The notes beneath the pieces were generated by a model, which was not told the origin of the DNA, made no database searches, and was given only the letters and a program-made list of their open reading frames with translations. Source: Thermoplasmata archaeon (GTDB lineage: Archaea > Thermoplasmatota > E2 > JACPAO01 > JAHFTW01). From it: 64,000 nt of DNA. Position 1 is the first letter of the stretch, and each line of letters starts with the position of its first letter. A program made the translations under genes and the position numbers. This document shows positions 48,467 through 58,428 of this stretch, piece after piece. The stretch covers positions 423,171 through 487,170 of the forward strand of contig JAXDQS010000010.1 of assembly GCA_034667725.1 (NCBI GenBank), in the 5' to 3' direction.

Positions 48467-49855
48467 CTAAGGCACGATGGGGATCGGCACGAACGTCAGC
48501 AGGAAGATCGCCAGCACCGCGTAGCTCAGGACGCGCCGCTTGGCGTCCAGCATCGTCCGGTCGTTGAGCGGGGCCTCGTGGTGGGCGCCGGACAAGAGCA
48601 CGAACAGCGCGAACAGGATCCACGACGAGTTCGACAGCGCCAGCAGGAACAGCAGGGCGGCAGCACCGCGGCTGACCCAATGCGACGCCTCGCCCAGGGC
48701 GGCGCGGGCGACGTGGCCGCCGTCGAGCGGCTTGATGGGCAGGAGGTTGATGCCGGCCAGGAGCAGGCCCGCCCAGCCGGCAAGGAACGTGGGGTGCGTG
48801 AGGTAGCTGCCGCCGGGGAACATCAGGTTGATGCCCATGACCAGGAGCGAGTCGCCGAAGCTGACGAGGTGGTCGTCCCAGGCGATGCGCAGCGTGGCCG
48901 AGGTGGCGTTGGCGGGAATCTCCAGGGTGCGGCGCTCCTGCTGCCCCGATTGGAGGGTGGCGCTGACCTGGTCGAGGCGCGGCCCGCCTTCCGTCCCGAT
49001 GTCCGCCGTCGCCTGGTAGTCCCAGTCGGCGTCCACCTCCGGGGCGGTGACATTGAAGCTGAGGGTGCCTGGCGTCAAGTCGGTGAAGGTCAGCACCCAC
49101 TCGCCGGGCTCTTGGGTCATGGTGAACGGCCGGTCGGCGTCCACGAAGGGCCGGTCCAGGTCGGGCACGGCCTGGGCCACGGCGACGGTGAGGAACGCGC
49201 CCAGGATGGCGATGGGCAAGGCGACCAGGAAGCCGGCGATGGGCCCGGAGGCGCCGACGTCGAACAGCGACTTGCGGTCGGGCAGCGGGTCGCGCATCTG
49301 GATGAAGGCGCCGAAGGTCCCGATCGGCATCAGGATGGGCGGGGCCGGGATGAACAGCGGCGGGGTCGCCCGGAGGCCGTACTTGCGGGCCGTGAAGTAG
49401 TGTGCCATCTCGTGGATGCCAAGGATGGCCAAAAGCGGCAGCGCGAACGCGACGAAGCCCCACCACAGGTTGTGCGGGTCCCACAGGGCGGACCAGTCCC
49501 AGTCCTCGCCGGGGTGCCAGTAGCTCTGCCACGCCACCGCGCCCGAGACCACCGTGGTCGCCAAGGTCGCGAGGAACAGGCCGATGTGCAGGCCCCACCG
49601 CACGGGGGCCGCCGCGGGGCGCTCGGCGAACAAGAGCACGTCCTCGCCGTTCTCGCGCCGCAGGAACAGCAGGTGGCCCGGCGCCTCCTTCTCGACGTCG
49701 GCCCGCAGCGCGTCGTAGCGCTTGTCGAACTCGCCCGGCGGGAACATGATGTAGAACATGCGGGCCACCAGCCGGCCGCGCACCGACTGGTCGCGCGCCT
49801 CGTAGACGCGGAAGTGGCGCTCGACGAGGCGGCGCAGGGCCGCGAGGTCCATCAT
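48467..49855 (-). CDS. Site-2 protease (M50)
   Basis: HEMAH, GTFGA, GPIAG, NLLPIKPLDGG. Confidence 0.92.
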   Translation of the reverse strand: MMDLAALRRLVERHFRVYEARDQSVRGRLVARMFYIMFPPGEFDKRYDALRADVEKEAPGHLLFLRRENGEDVLLFAERPAAAPVRWGLHIGLFLATLATTVVSGAVAWQSYWHPGEDWDWSALWDPHNLWWGFVAFALPLLAILGIHEMAHYFTARKYGLRATPPLFIPAPPILMPIGTFGAFIQMRDPLPDRKSLFDVGASGPIAGFLVALPIAILGAFLTVAVAQAVPDLDRPFVDADRPFTMTQEPGEWVLTFTDLTPGTLSFNVTAPEVDADWDYQATADIGTEGGPRLDQVSATLQSGQQERRTLEIPANATSATLRIAWDDHLVSFGDSLLVMGINLMFPGGSYLTHPTFLAGWAGLLLAGINLLPIKPLDGGHVARAALGEASHWVSRGAAALLFLLALSNSSWILFALFVLLSGAHHEAPLNDRTMLDAKRRVLSYAVLAIFLLTFVPIPIVP

Positions 49856-49912
49856 CGGCGGCGCAACGGGAAGCACGGCTTAGGGCGTTCGGTTGCGGAG
49901 CTTGGCCAGGAA

Positions 49913-51094
49913 TCAGCCCAGGCGGCCCAACACCTTGCGCGCCGCCTTGCCGACCTCGTCCCGGTTTCCCTTGGGCGCGAACACCCACGCCCGCCAGTGG
50001 TCCATGCGGGCCTCCTGGAGGACGGCGACCAGGCGGCTGGAGTCGGGCAGGCTGGCCATGCGGCCGTCGCGGTGGCGCACCTGGAGGCCCAGCTCCTGGA
50101 AGCGCGGCGGGTGCGGCACGTCCACCAGGACGCTGGCGCGCGGCAGCCGCAGGTCGTCGGCGATCTCCTGCGCCAGCCTGACCCGCTCCTTCGGCTGGTC
50201 GGCGAGGCGCAGCACCGCCTGGGCGTGCGGGTCGCCGGCCACCACCTCGAGGGCGCGCTTGTGCAGGCGCCGCTCGTCGAGGCGGGCCACCAGCTCCGCG
50301 GCGGCGCCGCCCCCTGCGCGCAGGCGGCCGAGCAGGCCGTCGTCGGTCTCGCGCTCCAGGTCCCGGAGGGCGGCGTGGCCGTCGGCGACGTGGGCGCGGA
50401 CGGCGGCCTGGAGCATCGCCTCGGAGGCGCGCACGGTGTGGTGCAGGTACACCGCGGGATACATCAGGAACCGCATCGCGAGCAGGGCCTCGGCGGCGAT
50501 CAGCCCGGAGTCCTGGAGGACGAGGCCGTGGTCGGGGTGGCGCTCGACGACCTCGGTGAGGCGGTCGGGGTCGACGCTGCTGCGGATGCCGGTGTAGTGG
50601 GCGTCCCGGAGCAGGTAGTCCATGCGGTCGGCGTCGAGCGGGCCGCTCACGATGCTCGCGAGCGGGCCTTGGCCGAGGATGGCTTCCGCGACGGCGACGG
50701 GGTCGAGGCCGCCTTGGCGCAAGAGGTCGGCAAGCGGTCCCCAGCGCACCAGGTCCACCGAGGCCTCCTCGTGGCGGCGGCCGGACTCGCGCAACAGCTC
50801 GTCGAAGGCGTGGCTGAAGGGACCGTGGCCGACGTCATGCAGCAGGGCGGCGGCGCGGACGGTGTCGGCCTCGTGGGGGTCGAGGCGGAGGCTGGCGGCG
50901 AACCGGCCGGCGAGGTGGTGGGCGCCGAGGCCGTGCTCGAAGCGGCGGTGGTGGGCGCCGGGATAGACCAGGTGGGCGGTGCCGAGCTGCTGGACGCGGC
51001 GCAGCCGCTGGTACACGCCCGAGTCGACGAGGGGGACGGCCCAGGGCGCAAGCGGGATGGACCCGTGGATGGGGTCGCGGATGGCCACGGGCAC
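49913..51094 (-). CDS. HD-domain phosphohydrolase (COG1078, SAMHD1-like)
   Basis: RDPIHG, QRLRRVQQLG, RFEHGLG, LHDVGHGPFSH, DADRMDY. Confidence 0.9.
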   Translation of the reverse strand: MPVAIRDPIHGSIPLAPWAVPLVDSGVYQRLRRVQQLGTAHLVYPGAHHRRFEHGLGAHHLAGRFAASLRLDPHEADTVRAAALLHDVGHGPFSHAFDELLRESGRRHEEASVDLVRWGPLADLLRQGGLDPVAVAEAILGQGPLASIVSGPLDADRMDYLLRDAHYTGIRSSVDPDRLTEVVERHPDHGLVLQDSGLIAAEALLAMRFLMYPAVYLHHTVRASEAMLQAAVRAHVADGHAALRDLERETDDGLLGRLRAGGGAAAELVARLDERRLHKRALEVVAGDPHAQAVLRLADQPKERVRLAQEIADDLRLPRASVLVDVPHPPRFQELGLQVRHRDGRMASLPDSSRLVAVLQEARMDHWRAWVFAPKGNRDEVGKAARKVLGRLG

Positions 51095-51118
51095 GCGGGC
51101 GGCGCAGGGGGCGGTGTT

Positions 51119-52762
51119 CTAAGAGGCCATCGCGGCCGGCTCGGCCTCCGTGGCCGGCTCGGGGCGCGCCGGCGGCTCCGGCCGCAAGAGCTTGACCGCC
51201 ATCCAGGTGCCGCCGACCGCGCACGCCAACGCCAGCGTGTGCAGCACGACGCGGACGGCGAAGTCCTGGCGGGCCATCCAGCTGCCGACGGCGACCGACT
51301 GGCCGAAGCGGGTCGAGTCGGTCCAGATGTGCAACGGCATCTCGACCAGCACTACGACCACCATGGCGAAGGCGGCTCCGGCGGCCATCGGGATGAGGCT
51401 GGCGCGCCGGGCGCGGGCCTTGGCAAGCAGGAGGCGGGCGATGGCGAGGCCGGCCAGGGTCGCGCCGAGCAGGCGCCACAAGGCACGGATGTTCGGGTTG
51501 TTGTGGACCTGCAGGAGCGCCTTGGACGACACGAAGCTGGCGGCGAACGAGTTGCCGAGGCACCAGCACGCGAACGCGGCCACCAGGATGGCGGCGCCGC
51601 GGACGCCCAGCCCGGTGCGGCCGAGCGCGAACGTGGCGAGGGCCGCCGGCAAGGTCGCGAACACCCAGCCCGTCAAGGTGCTGGCGCCTTGCAGGTTGGC
51701 CAGGCCGGCGCCGGCGAGGCTGAGGGCGAGGCCGCCCGCCGCCGCCCACAGCCAAGGGGGCACCGGCGCGGCGGGGTCGGTGTCGCGGGCGGCCTGGAGG
51801 GCGGCGCGGCCCTCGCGGTGCACCACCAAAAGCGGCGCCATCGGGATCGCGAGCAGCACCAGGAGCTGGAGGTGCGGGCGCAGGTGGGTGCCGAACGACC
51901 AGCCGCTTTGCAGCTCCGCCAGCGGCGTCGAAGGGAGGAACGCGACGCCGGCGCCCAGCAGCAGCAGCACGCCCCACAAGCCGGTCTCGGCGCGGCCGAG
52001 GCCTCGCCAGGCGTCCAAGGCGAGGGGGGCGAGGCGCGGCGCGCGCACGGCCCGCGCCAAGGTGGCAAGCTTGAGGGCGGCGCACGCGACGAAGCCCAGG
52101 ATGGCCAGCGCCGCCACCGGCAGCACCGCCATGTAGGGGGCTTGCGCGGCGCCTTCCGGCAACTGCAGCAGCATCCGGACGCAGCCCCACGCCGCGATGC
52201 CCAGGAACGGCACGGCCAAGAGCGTCGCGCCGGCCTGCCGCCGCAGCACGGCCTCCAGGCCCGGCGGGGGGCGGGCGCTGGACGGCGGCCGGCCGGCGAG
52301 GCGGCGCGCGGCCCAGCCGATGGCCAGGAGCGCGCCGACCCAGAGGGCGAAGACCGGGACGAGGGCGGACGGGATGCTGGGGCTGGGCGCGTCGGCGGCA
52401 AGCAGGCTGACCGAGAGGGTGGCTTGCTGGACGTCGTCATGCTCGACGCGGACGATCTCGGGGTAGGCGCCTTGGGCGAGGTTGACGAGAACGTAGGCGC
52501 CGAAGGCAAGGACGAGCAGGGCGAGGGCTTGGCGGGGCCGGCCGGGGGCGCGGCGGCGCAGGACCACGGCGACGGCGAGGGTGCCGCCCACGACGACCAA
52601 GGCGGTCCAGGGCAGGACGTAGCCGGTGGCGAGGTCGCGGCTGTAGTCCATCGCGACGGCGGCGTCCGGGTGCAGCGCCGTCTCGTGCTGCAGCTCGGCG
52701 CCCATGGCCAGCCCGAGCACGCCGACCCCGACGGCGACCAGGAGGGCCCACAGGCGCTGCAT
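51119..52762 (-). CDS. Polytopic membrane protein of unknown function
   Basis: More than 10 hydrophobic helices. Confidence 0.7.
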   Translation of the reverse strand: MQRLWALLVAVGVGVLGLAMGAELQHETALHPDAAVAMDYSRDLATGYVLPWTALVVVGGTLAVAVVLRRRAPGRPRQALALLVLAFGAYVLVNLAQGAYPEIVRVEHDDVQQATLSVSLLAADAPSPSIPSALVPVFALWVGALLAIGWAARRLAGRPPSSARPPPGLEAVLRRQAGATLLAVPFLGIAAWGCVRMLLQLPEGAAQAPYMAVLPVAALAILGFVACAALKLATLARAVRAPRLAPLALDAWRGLGRAETGLWGVLLLLGAGVAFLPSTPLAELQSGWSFGTHLRPHLQLLVLLAIPMAPLLVVHREGRAALQAARDTDPAAPVPPWLWAAAGGLALSLAGAGLANLQGASTLTGWVFATLPAALATFALGRTGLGVRGAAILVAAFACWCLGNSFAASFVSSKALLQVHNNPNIRALWRLLGATLAGLAIARLLLAKARARRASLIPMAAGAAFAMVVVVLVEMPLHIWTDSTRFGQSVAVGSWMARQDFAVRVVLHTLALACAVGGTWMAVKLLRPEPPARPEPATEAEPAAMAS

Positions 52763-52826
52763 GTGCAAGGGAAACGGCGGGCTGGCTACAAGACGGTTGG
52801 GTCGATGGCGCTTGAGCCGCCCGGCG

Positions 52827-53678
52827 TCAGGACAGCGGCACCGGGGCCGGGACGGGCCCGCCCATGCCGACCATCTCCAGCTCGAAGCTTGCGCCCATCG
52901 TGACCCGCAGCCCGTCGCGCGCCGCCACCGTGGGCACGCCCGTGCGGTCGGTCACCTGCTGGGCCCACTTGCCGGGGTCGCCCTCCTTGAGGGTCTTGTA
53001 GCCGAAGTGGGTGAGCAGGAGCAGCCGGGGGCGGATCTGCTCGGCCAATGTCTGGACGTCGTCAGTGCACATGTGCCACGGGATGCGCTCGGAGCCGCCG
53101 CGGGTCATCTGGCACACCACGAGCCGGGAGCCCTGGTGGGCGTCGGCGAGGCCGTCGAAGTAGCGCGTGTCCGGGATGTAGCTGAACATGCCGTTGGTGA
53201 GCTGCATCCGGAAGCCGACGGTGTCCGGGTCCGAGTGGTCCTGCTTCGTGGCCGTCACGTCGTACATGCCTTCGAGCTGGACCGTGTCCCCGGCCTTGAC
53301 CTCGTGGACGTGCGCCATCATGTCGCGGTGGAACTGGGTGATGACCGGGCCGACCATGGAGCCGTCGTGGGCGCGGGTGCCCCGGAGGACGCTGCGGGGC
53401 GCCACCAGGGCGCCTTTGCGGTCGAGGCCGCCGCGCGTGATGCCTTCCAAGAGGATGGCGGCGTCGGTCCAGTGGTCGGGATGGCCGTGGCTCACCAGCA
53501 CCGCGTCGGTCTTGGTCGGGTCGAGGCCGTACCGGTGCATGTGCACCAGCGCCCCGGGGCCGGGGTCAATGTTGGCGCGCAGCCCTCGGTCCCGCAGGTA
53601 GATGCCGCCCGTCTGGCGGAGTTGGCTGATTGTGGTGAACCGGCCTCCGCCGGTCCCCAAGAACGTCAGCTCGGTCAA
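52827..53678 (-). CDS. MBL-fold metallo-hydrolase
   Basis: FLGTGGG, IDPGPG, SHGHPDH, THF. Confidence 0.88.
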   Translation of the reverse strand: MTELTFLGTGGGRFTTISQLRQTGGIYLRDRGLRANIDPGPGALVHMHRYGLDPTKTDAVLVSHGHPDHWTDAAILLEGITRGGLDRKGALVAPRSVLRGTRAHDGSMVGPVITQFHRDMMAHVHEVKAGDTVQLEGMYDVTATKQDHSDPDTVGFRMQLTNGMFSYIPDTRYFDGLADAHQGSRLVVCQMTRGGSERIPWHMCTDDVQTLAEQIRPRLLLLTHFGYKTLKEGDPGKWAQQVTDRTGVPTVAARDGLRVTMGASFELEMVGMGGPVPAPVPLS

Positions 53679-53757
53679 CCCAATTCACGGGTCCGCTGAC
53701 CCCACCCGCCGGTTATCACCGTTGCCATGCGGCGTGCAGGGGCCCAGCACAAGGCTT

Positions 53758-54504
53758 ATGCCCCGTTCCAAGGCATCGCGCAGCGTGTCCTGGCGGGTCC
53801 TCCCCCTTCTGTCGGCGCTGCTCTTGGCCCCGATGGCGTTCCCCACCGCCACCGCCTGCGTGGCCGGCGGCCTGAACCCGCCCTGCGGCTACATCCAGCC
53901 GTTCCTGGACCTGGACTTCCCGGACAAGCCCAGCTGCGGCGGCGCCGTCGAGGCCGCCAAGTGCATCCCCCTCCCCGCGGTCGGCCAGTCCTTGTCGATG
54001 GACGGCACCCTGACCTACTACTGGCGGTTGAGCGAGGACGGCACCTACCCGCCCGACATGACCCAGCCCATCGACATCACGTTCAAGGGCACCACCAACA
54101 CGCCCAAGTGGCTCACGTTCAAGATGGAGCCCGAGTCGATCCAGATGGCGGCCACCGAGCTTGTGGACCCGCGCAACCTCAAGACCGACGACGCCACCAC
54201 GCCGCCGACCGTGTACTTCTGGTTCGAGCGCCCCGTCACCGTCACCTTCACCCGCACCGGCGACCCCGACCTGGAGCGCCAGGAGCGCATCGCCGGCCGC
54301 GACGGCATCGAGGAATTGGCCGTCAAGGCGAAGTCCACGCCCAACGGCAGCTACTTCCGCGAAGGCCACGGCACCGAGACGTTCCGGTTCGACGCGTCCC
54401 AGTTCATGGCGCCGCAGACGGTCAGCACGAGCCAGCAGGCGCCGGCGTGGGGCTTGCTCGGCGTGGTCCTGGTGCTCGGCCTCGCCGCCCGGCGCGCCCG
54501 TTGA
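53758..54504 (+). CDS. Secreted protein with C-terminal TM anchor
   Basis: Signal peptide; APAWGLLGVVLVLGLAARRAR tail. Confidence 0.7.
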   Translation: MPRSKASRSVSWRVLPLLSALLLAPMAFPTATACVAGGLNPPCGYIQPFLDLDFPDKPSCGGAVEAAKCIPLPAVGQSLSMDGTLTYYWRLSEDGTYPPDMTQPIDITFKGTTNTPKWLTFKMEPESIQMAATELVDPRNLKTDDATTPPTVYFWFERPVTVTFTRTGDPDLERQERIAGRDGIEELAVKAKSTPNGSYFREGHGTETFRFDASQFMAPQTVSTSQQAPAWGLLGVVLVLGLAARRAR

Positions 54505-54507
54505 CCC

Positions 54508-54569
54508 AACCACGGATTGCACGGACCGCACGGAACCTTGGTTCCGTGTCCTCCGTGGCATCCGTGGTT
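54508..54569. repeat. Palindromic CACGG repeat, copy 3
   Basis: Same architecture as copies 1 and 2; between convergent genes. Confidence 0.85.
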
Positions 54570-54571
54570 TG

Positions 54572-55390
54572 TCAGGCGTGCGTCAGCGTCCGGCCCGGCA
54601 GGTCGCTGCGCTTGAGCGCCGCCACCGGCGCCGCCCCCACCATCAGCCGGTCCGGCCGCGGCGCCTCCTGGTAGAACAGGTTCTGCCCCTTGCAGCCGAG
54701 CCACGTGCCGGCGTGCGCCCCGAAGGGCTGCACGCGGCGCGGCTGCGACGGCAATGGCTGGCGCACCGGGTGGTCCTCGATGCGCACCGTGGCGCCGCTG
54801 GGGCCGAAGCGCTCCGCCAGCCGCGCGCGCAGCGCCGCGGCGCGGGCCTCGACCTCGGCCCACGCCACCGGGCGGACCAGTTGCGGCAGCACCTCGCGCG
54901 GGGCCCGCGACTCGGGGATGCCGTAGAGGAACGCGACCTGCCGCTCCAGCAGGCGGGCGGTGGCGCGGTCGGGGCGGTCGGCGACCACGAAGTAGGCGTC
55001 GGCGCCCTGCTCCCGCAGCCGCGTGCCCACGCGCCACGCCTGCGTGAGGCCGACCTTGGGCAGGATGCCGTAGAACGCGGCGTACACGACGTGCGGGACG
55101 GGCCCGAACGGGCAGCGGCAGGTCTCGGGCGCGTTCTGGCAGCGCGGCTCGTAGACGCAGTCCGGCGCCTCCAGGCCGCTGCACGGCAGGCAGGTGGACT
55201 CCTCGCTGACCACCGCCTCCGTCGGGCAGGGCACGTGGGCGCCGTCGCGCCATTGGCCAACGCAGCGCCGCTCGCCGGAGAGCCGCCAGCCGAAGGCGCC
55301 CTCCAACCCCAACGCCGAGACGGCGCCGTCGGCGGCCCGCACGGTGAGGCCGCGCTCGCTGGCGCCCAGGACGTGCAGGCCAGCGGTCAC
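54572..55390 (-). CDS. DUF2797-like Cys-rich protein
   Basis: RRCVG..CP..CLPC, PHVVY, KVGLT, RLREQGA, KGQ. Confidence 0.75.
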   Translation of the reverse strand: MTAGLHVLGASERGLTVRAADGAVSALGLEGAFGWRLSGERRCVGQWRDGAHVPCPTEAVVSEESTCLPCSGLEAPDCVYEPRCQNAPETCRCPFGPVPHVVYAAFYGILPKVGLTQAWRVGTRLREQGADAYFVVADRPDRATARLLERQVAFLYGIPESRAPREVLPQLVRPVAWAEVEARAAALRARLAERFGPSGATVRIEDHPVRQPLPSQPRRVQPFGAHAGTWLGCKGQNLFYQEAPRPDRLMVGAAPVAALKRSDLPGRTLTHA

Positions 55391-56748
55391 CGCTGCCAGC
55401 TCCTGCGGTCGAGCACCAGGTCGGCCACGGCGGGCGCCCAAGCGGCGGGCGCGTCGGCCGGGTCCAATAGCACCTGCGCGTCGGGCAGGCAGGCCTCGAC
55501 GTGGCGGCCGAGCGGGACCTTCGGCAGCCGGGCGGGCAGCCACGCCGTCGCGGTGCGCAGGGATTCGCGGACCTCGACCTGGAGGCTGCCCCGCGGCCCG
55601 GCGTGGACGGGGCCGGCGGCGTCGGCGTGGCCGGTCCACTTGGCGCGGAACCGCTCGGCGTGCGGGCGGGCGTCGTCGACCGGGCCGACGTGCAGCCTTG
55701 TCGCCGGGAGCGTGCGGCCGTCCACCACGAACTGGAGGAGGGCCTCGCGCTCGTCCGGGCTGGCGCGCGCCTCCCACCGGCGCACCGCGAAGCCCGCCTC
55801 CTCCAGGGCGGCGGCGAGGGTGCGGCCGGCCTTCTGGAACTGCGGGAACACCAGGTCGAGGCGGTCGGTGCGCGGCCGCAGCACCAATCCCAGCCAAGCA
55901 GCACCCTGGCGGGCGAGGGCGGGCCGGAGCTTGTCGGCGGGCTCGGCGCGGGGCGGGGCGGGGAAGAAGAACCGGGCGTCCGGCCGTTCGAGGTACGCGG
56001 TGGCGGCCTCGCGGGCGCGCTCCAACAGCTCGGCCTGGACGGCGGCGGCGCAGTTGCGGCCCGGGTCGACGGGGTCCACGACGACGAGGACGGCGACCTC
56101 GTCCGTCACCTGGTCGGGGCCAAGGGCGATGCGGCGCGGCTGGGCGTCGGCGGCGAGCCACTTGAGGACGCCGTGGAACGAGCGGAACCGGGCCACGAGG
56201 ACCTCGACGAGGTAGCCGCTGAAGCCGCCGATGGCGGTCTGGGCGCCGTAGAGCGCCGTGCCCTTGAGCCAGCGCTTGAGGAGCCGCGCCTCGCCCTGCT
56301 GCGCGGGCGTGAGGGTAGCACGGACCCAGGCGGTGTGGAACGGCGTGCGGTCCACGGCGCTCATCTTGGCGGAGGCGACGGGGACCGCGTAGGCCGGCAC
56401 GAGGTCCACCTGGCGGCCCTGGAACGTGCCCATGAGGTAGGGGTGCTGGGCGTAGCGGCGGCGCGCGTCGGTGAGGACTTCGGTGCCGACCTCGACGGCG
56501 GCGCGCTCCAGCTGGGCCTCCGGATAGCTTGGGTCCAAGAGGAGGAACAGGTCGATGTCGCCGCCGCCCGCCAGCCACGTGCCCTTCGCCACCGAGCCCT
56601 GCACGGTGGCGTGGCCGGGGATGTTGCGCTTGGCAAGGGCGGCGGCGCACGCGGCCACCAAGGCGTCGCACACGGCCTGCATCTCCTTGGCCTCCAGCGG
56701 TGTTGGCGTGATGCGCGCCAGCACCTCGGCCTCCAGCGGCGTCGTCAT
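55387..56748 (-). CDS. cca: Archaeal CCA-adding enzyme
   Basis: GSVAKGTWL..DIDLF, YAQHPY, SAVDRTPFH, GFSGY, DPVDPGRN. Confidence 0.95.
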   Translation of the reverse strand: MTTPLEAEVLARITPTPLEAKEMQAVCDALVAACAAALAKRNIPGHATVQGSVAKGTWLAGGGDIDLFLLLDPSYPEAQLERAAVEVGTEVLTDARRRYAQHPYLMGTFQGRQVDLVPAYAVPVASAKMSAVDRTPFHTAWVRATLTPAQQGEARLLKRWLKGTALYGAQTAIGGFSGYLVEVLVARFRSFHGVLKWLAADAQPRRIALGPDQVTDEVAVLVVVDPVDPGRNCAAAVQAELLERAREAATAYLERPDARFFFPAPPRAEPADKLRPALARQGAAWLGLVLRPRTDRLDLVFPQFQKAGRTLAAALEEAGFAVRRWEARASPDEREALLQFVVDGRTLPATRLHVGPVDDARPHAERFRAKWTGHADAAGPVHAGPRGSLQVEVRESLRTATAWLPARLPKVPLGRHVEACLPDAQVLLDPADAPAAWAPAVADLVLDRRSWQR

Positions 56749-57440
56749 GGGGCGCCGCCAAGGGTGAGCTGGGCTTGCTGCGGGCCGGGCGGGCGCTCCG
56801 CGACCAGGTGCTCGACGCCCGTGGCCTTGACCAGGAGCTTGCGCATCAGGTCCTGCAAGGCGGCGCCGGCCAGCAAGGGGTCGTCGGCCGGGAGGTGCAG
56901 GAGAGGGTCGCGCGGCGGCACGGCGATGCGGGGGCTGCTGCGGCGCGCGAACAGCTCGCGGTACTGGCGGCGGGTGCTGTCGCCCACCACGACGCGCGGC
57001 AGGTCGTCGGGCACGTGCTGGAAGCCGGCGTGCAGTAGCTCGGCCTGGAACACGGGGCGCCCCAGCAGGGTCTGGAGGGTGGCAAGGGCGAGGCGGACCC
57101 GCTCGGCCTCGGTGCGCGGCGTCTCCTGCAAGGCGCGGTGGATGCGCTGGTGCAGGCTCCAGTGCGCCTCCGGGTTCTGCAGCTGGTAGAGCTTGCTGGG
57201 CGGCCGCTCCAGCTCCCGCAGCACGCCCGCCTCGGCGAGCGCCTGCAGGTAGCCGGCGATGGTCAGGCGGTGCACGGGCGCGTCCTTGTCGGCGGCCAAG
57301 AGGCGCGCGATGCCGGAGATCGAGTCGGTCTGCTGCGCCTTGAGGTGCTCGATGATGCGGTCCCGGAGGGTGTCGGCGCGGGCGAGGCGGCGCGGGGCCG
57401 GCTCGGGCGCGGGCAGGCTTCCGGCCGGCTCCTCCTCCAT
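56745..57440 (-). CDS. Winged-helix protein of unknown function
   Basis: SISGIARLL..HRLTIAGYLQAL; ATGA overlap with cca. Confidence 0.7.
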   Translation of the reverse strand: MEEEPAGSLPAPEPAPRRLARADTLRDRIIEHLKAQQTDSISGIARLLAADKDAPVHRLTIAGYLQALAEAGVLRELERPPSKLYQLQNPEAHWSLHQRIHRALQETPRTEAERVRLALATLQTLLGRPVFQAELLHAGFQHVPDDLPRVVVGDSTRRQYRELFARRSSPRIAVPPRDPLLHLPADDPLLAGAALQDLMRKLLVKATGVEHLVAERPPGPQQAQLTLGGAP

Positions 57441-57569
57441 GGACTGGTCACAGAGTCGTGAACAAGAAGGCTTGCGTCGGCGCCTTCTGAAGGCGGCAAG
57501 TTCCCACGGATAAAGGCTGGAACGCGGTTGATAAGCGGCTTATGAGGAGTATATCCCCGCGCCTTGGCC

Positions 57570-57618
57570 ATTTATATAGTCGGGCTTGGATGGGCGAACC
57601 GCCCCTAAATAGGGAGGA
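57570..57618 (+). promoter_or_regulatory. TATA box and SD of tbp
   Basis: TTTATATA at 57571-57578; GGAGG about 9 nt upstream of the ATG. Confidence 0.6.
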
Positions 57619-57626
57619 TTCGACCC

Positions 57627-58175
57627 ATGGCCGTCATCCACATCCAGAACGTCGTCGCCAGCACCTCCATCGGCGAGGAGCTCGACCTGAACGCCATCAG
57701 CGCGACGTTCTCCAACGCGGAGTACGAGCCTGAGCAGTTCCCCGGCCTGGTCTTCCGCGTCCCCGAGCCCAAGACCGCCGCCCTCATCTTCCGCAGCGGC
57801 AAGGTCGTCTGCACCGGCGCCAAGTCGATCGAGGAGGTCCACACCGCCGTCGGCATCGTCTGCGACCAGCTGCGCGCCAACGGCTTCGAGACCATCGACG
57901 ACCCCGAGATCACCATCCAGAACATCGTCGCCACCAGCGACCTCGGCGCCGAGCTGAACCTCAACGCCATCGCCATCGGCCTCGGCCTGGAGAACGTCGA
58001 GTACGAGCCCGAGCAGTTCCCCGGCCTCGTCTACCGCCTCACCGACCCCAAGGTCGTCGTGCTCATCTTCGGCTCCGGCAAGCTCGTCTGCACCGGCGCC
58101 CGCAAGAAGGAAGACGCCGAGGACGCGGTCGACAAGATCACGGCCGAGCTGTCCAGCCTGGGCCTGCTGTTCTAG
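57627..58175 (+). CDS. tbp: TATA-box-binding protein
   Basis: Two repeats of IQN(V/I)[13 protein letters not shown]..IFxSGK.VCTGA. Confidence 0.98.
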   Translation: MAVIHIQNVVASTSIGEELDLNAISATFSNAEYEPEQFPGLVFRVPEPKTAALIFRSGKVVCTGAKSIEEVHTAVGIVCDQLRANGFETIDDPEITIQNIVATSDLGAELNLNAIAIGLGLENVEYEPEQFPGLVYRLTDPKVVVLIFGSGKLVCTGARKKEDAEDAVDKITAELSSLGLLF

Positions 58176-58403
58176 ATGCCCCGCTCCCCGGCCACCGTGG
58201 CCCTTGCGGCCTTCGCCGCCCTGGCGGGCCTCGCCGGCCTTGGCTGCCTGGCGCTGTCCGGCCTCGCTTTCGCGACCTCGGAGCAACTGGCCGCCACTGA
58301 CGAAGAGTGGCTGCGCGGCCTGGTCCCCACCGGCTTCGCGGCCCTCGCGGTCGCCGGCGTCTTCGGCTTCTGGGCAGACTGGCGCTGGCGCCAACCGGCC
58401 TGA
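58176..58403 (+). CDS. Small two-TM protein
   Basis: Starts right after the tbp stop; two TM helices. Confidence 0.5.
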   Translation: MPRSPATVALAAFAALAGLAGLGCLALSGLAFATSEQLAATDEEWLRGLVPTGFAALAVAGVFGFWADWRWRQPA

Positions 58404-58428
58404 GCCCGATCCACCGCCGGACGCCCGA

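Noticed and set aside
49913-51094. SAMHD1-like HD protein as an antiviral dNTPase system
   Set aside because: Common archaeal family in housekeeping context, with no defence neighbours.
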